Shown here: piece by piece, positions 53,965 through 55,157 of the stretch
Numbering within the stretch: position 1 is the stretch's first letter
How the letters are laid out: each line of letters begins with the position of its first letter
Source of the DNA: a virus
Taxonomy: Duplodnaviria; Heunggongvirae; Uroviricota; Caudoviricetes
DNA: 55,157 bases
Virus record (IMG/VR): IMGVR_UViG_2721755660_000006
Location: 1-55,157 of that record
Direction: 5' to 3' (one strand)
Program-made: the position numbers and the translations under genes
The notes under the pieces: model-generated
What the model was told of the DNA's origin: nothing
The model's database searches: none
The model's input: the letters and a program-made list of their open reading frames with translations, nothing else

Positions 53965-55121
53965 TAATCAGCCAGTTTATTCATCGCCTCGATTTGCTCC
54001 CTCACATAATCATACTGATCATATATAGCCATCATCCCCGCCAGTTTATGACCTAAAACCTTTTCGGCTACATGCGGCGCAACGCCAAGCGCTGAAAGGT
54101 TTGTCCTTACAGTGCGGCGCAAGTCGTGACACGACCACGGCTCGCCGCCCATCCTTAGCATCAAATCCCTTGCGGCTGTTTTCGGCACGCTCCTGTCTAC
54201 CGCTTCATCCCTTCCAGAAAGCACGGGAACGAAGATAAAATTAAAGCCGTGCAAATCCATAGCTTCACGCAATAAACCTACGCTAACGGCGGATAAACCG
54301 CGTTTAAACTCGTTTCTGTTCTTACTCAATGCACCCGGCACGGTCCACACACAGTTATCAAGATCGAAATGCTCGCGCCTTGCGTTTGTTAGTTCGCTTG
54401 TTCTGCATCCGGTGAATATAATCAGCTTCATCAATATCTGATTTAGCCGCGCCATTTTTGAACTGTCTATAATGCTGATTAGATGGTGAATCTCTTGTAT
54501 TGATAAGACGCGTTTTCTTTGCGCCGGGTTTTTGCCTACGTCTTTCACGCGTAGTAATGATATGTCGTCACGCTCCACGCGGCGGCGGCGCATGGCATAT
54601 TTTATCACCGCCTTCATCCTGTTTAAGACTATCCCGGCCTGAACCGGCGCGCCACCATTAGCTACCTTTCTAAAAATCCCCTCCCACATTATGGAGTCCA
54701 TATCATCGACGATATAGCTACCGCATGGTCTGACAATGTGCTTACTTAGCATCGCATCGACTTGCTTATAGTTGACCATGTTTCTTGCCTGCGGTGATTC
54801 CATGTACTCCCTAACAATATCTTCAATCGTTGCCCGTGTCGTAACGCGTGACAAGTTCATTCTTTTTACGATCGATGGATCTCGTCCTGAGTTTAAGACT
54901 TCCTTATGCTCCGCCACCGCCGCGCGGGCTTCTTTGAGTGTTATTTCTCCGTATGTGCCGATCTTCATCCGTCGAGGCTTGCCGTTGAATCGGTAGCGAT
55001 ACTGGAAAGATATAACTCCGCGCGGGCTTATCCTGGCAGACAATCCGCCCGCGTCCGGGACTTCTTCCGGGCCGTCATATGGCTTGCCGTGGATGTTTCG
55101 TAATTTGGTATCTGTAAGCAT
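53922..55121 (-). CDS. int: Tyrosine integrase (P4-type family)
   Basis: About 399 aa from MLTDTKLRNI; C-terminal catalytic region with HDLRRT and LGH motifs; attR core immediately upstream of the start. Confidence 0.9.
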   Translation of the reverse strand: MLTDTKLRNIHGKPYDGPEEVPDAGGLSARISPRGVISFQYRYRFNGKPRRMKIGTYGEITLKEARAAVAEHKEVLNSGRDPSIVKRMNLSRVTTRATIEDIVREYMESPQARNMVNYKQVDAMLSKHIVRPCGSYIVDDMDSIMWEGIFRKVANGGAPVQAGIVLNRMKAVIKYAMRRRRVERDDISLLRVKDVGKNPAQRKRVLSIQEIHHLISIIDSSKMARLNQILMKLIIFTGCRTSELTNARREHFDLDNCVWTVPGALSKNRNEFKRGLSAVSVGLLREAMDLHGFNFIFVPVLSGRDEAVDRSVPKTAARDLMLRMGGEPWSCHDLRRTVRTNLSALGVAPHVAEKVLGHKLAGMMAIYDQYDYVREQIEAMNKLADYYMKPIDLQNEITS

Positions 55122-55123
55122 AA

Positions 55124-55145
55124 TTTGGTCACTATTTGGTACACA
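55124..55145. repeat. attR core (second copy of the 22-bp direct repeat)
   Basis: Identical to 1517..1538; located 3 bp upstream of the likely integrase start codon (MLTDTKL at 55121). Confidence 0.8.
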
Positions 55146-55157
55146 CATTTTACGCAT

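Noticed and set aside
1-55157. Search for insertion sequences, transposases or reverse transcriptase (retron/DGR) within the prophage
   Set aside because: No ORF showed transposase DDE or reverse transcriptase motifs and no terminal inverted repeats typical of IS elements were noticed; the J repeats are not accompanied by a template repeat or RT.

Overview
The window is almost entirely one integrated lambdoid-type siphovirus prophage (about 53.6 kb) lying downstream of a host abgT-like transporter gene (1..1446). It is bounded by a 22-bp direct repeat, TTTGGTCACTATTTGGTACACA, at 1517..1538 (attL) and 55124..55145 (attR), with a tyrosine integrase reading inward from attR. The minus strand carries a long co-directional block: cI-like repressor, N-like arginine-rich protein, Erf, SSB, many small genes, Dam-type and C5-type methyltransferases, NinG, RusA, a zinc-finger Q-like protein, about 20 small cargo genes, a pinholin/SAR-endolysin/Rz/Rz1 lysis cassette, terminase, head genes and a lambda-like tail set (tape measure, M, L, K, I, J, tail fibre). 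The plus strand carries a Cro-position HTH gene, an O-like replisome organiser with internal iterons, a metallophosphoesterase, DnaB, NinB and an Xis-like gene. The most unusual feature is a translationally coupled tandem array of 11 mini-genes (22-47 codons), each encoding a single predicted transmembrane helix, packed between a HExxH-motif protein and the small terminase subunit. Other points of interest are three plus-strand moron islands antisense to the tail genes, recurrent intergenic DNA motifs (CCATTTTGTAAAC-like, CRP-like TGTGA-N6-TCACA, and a 24-bp element present twice), a tandem family of small paralogous proteins, and further coupled mini membrane-peptide genes. All calls come from reading the sequence and recalled family signatures; no database search was run.
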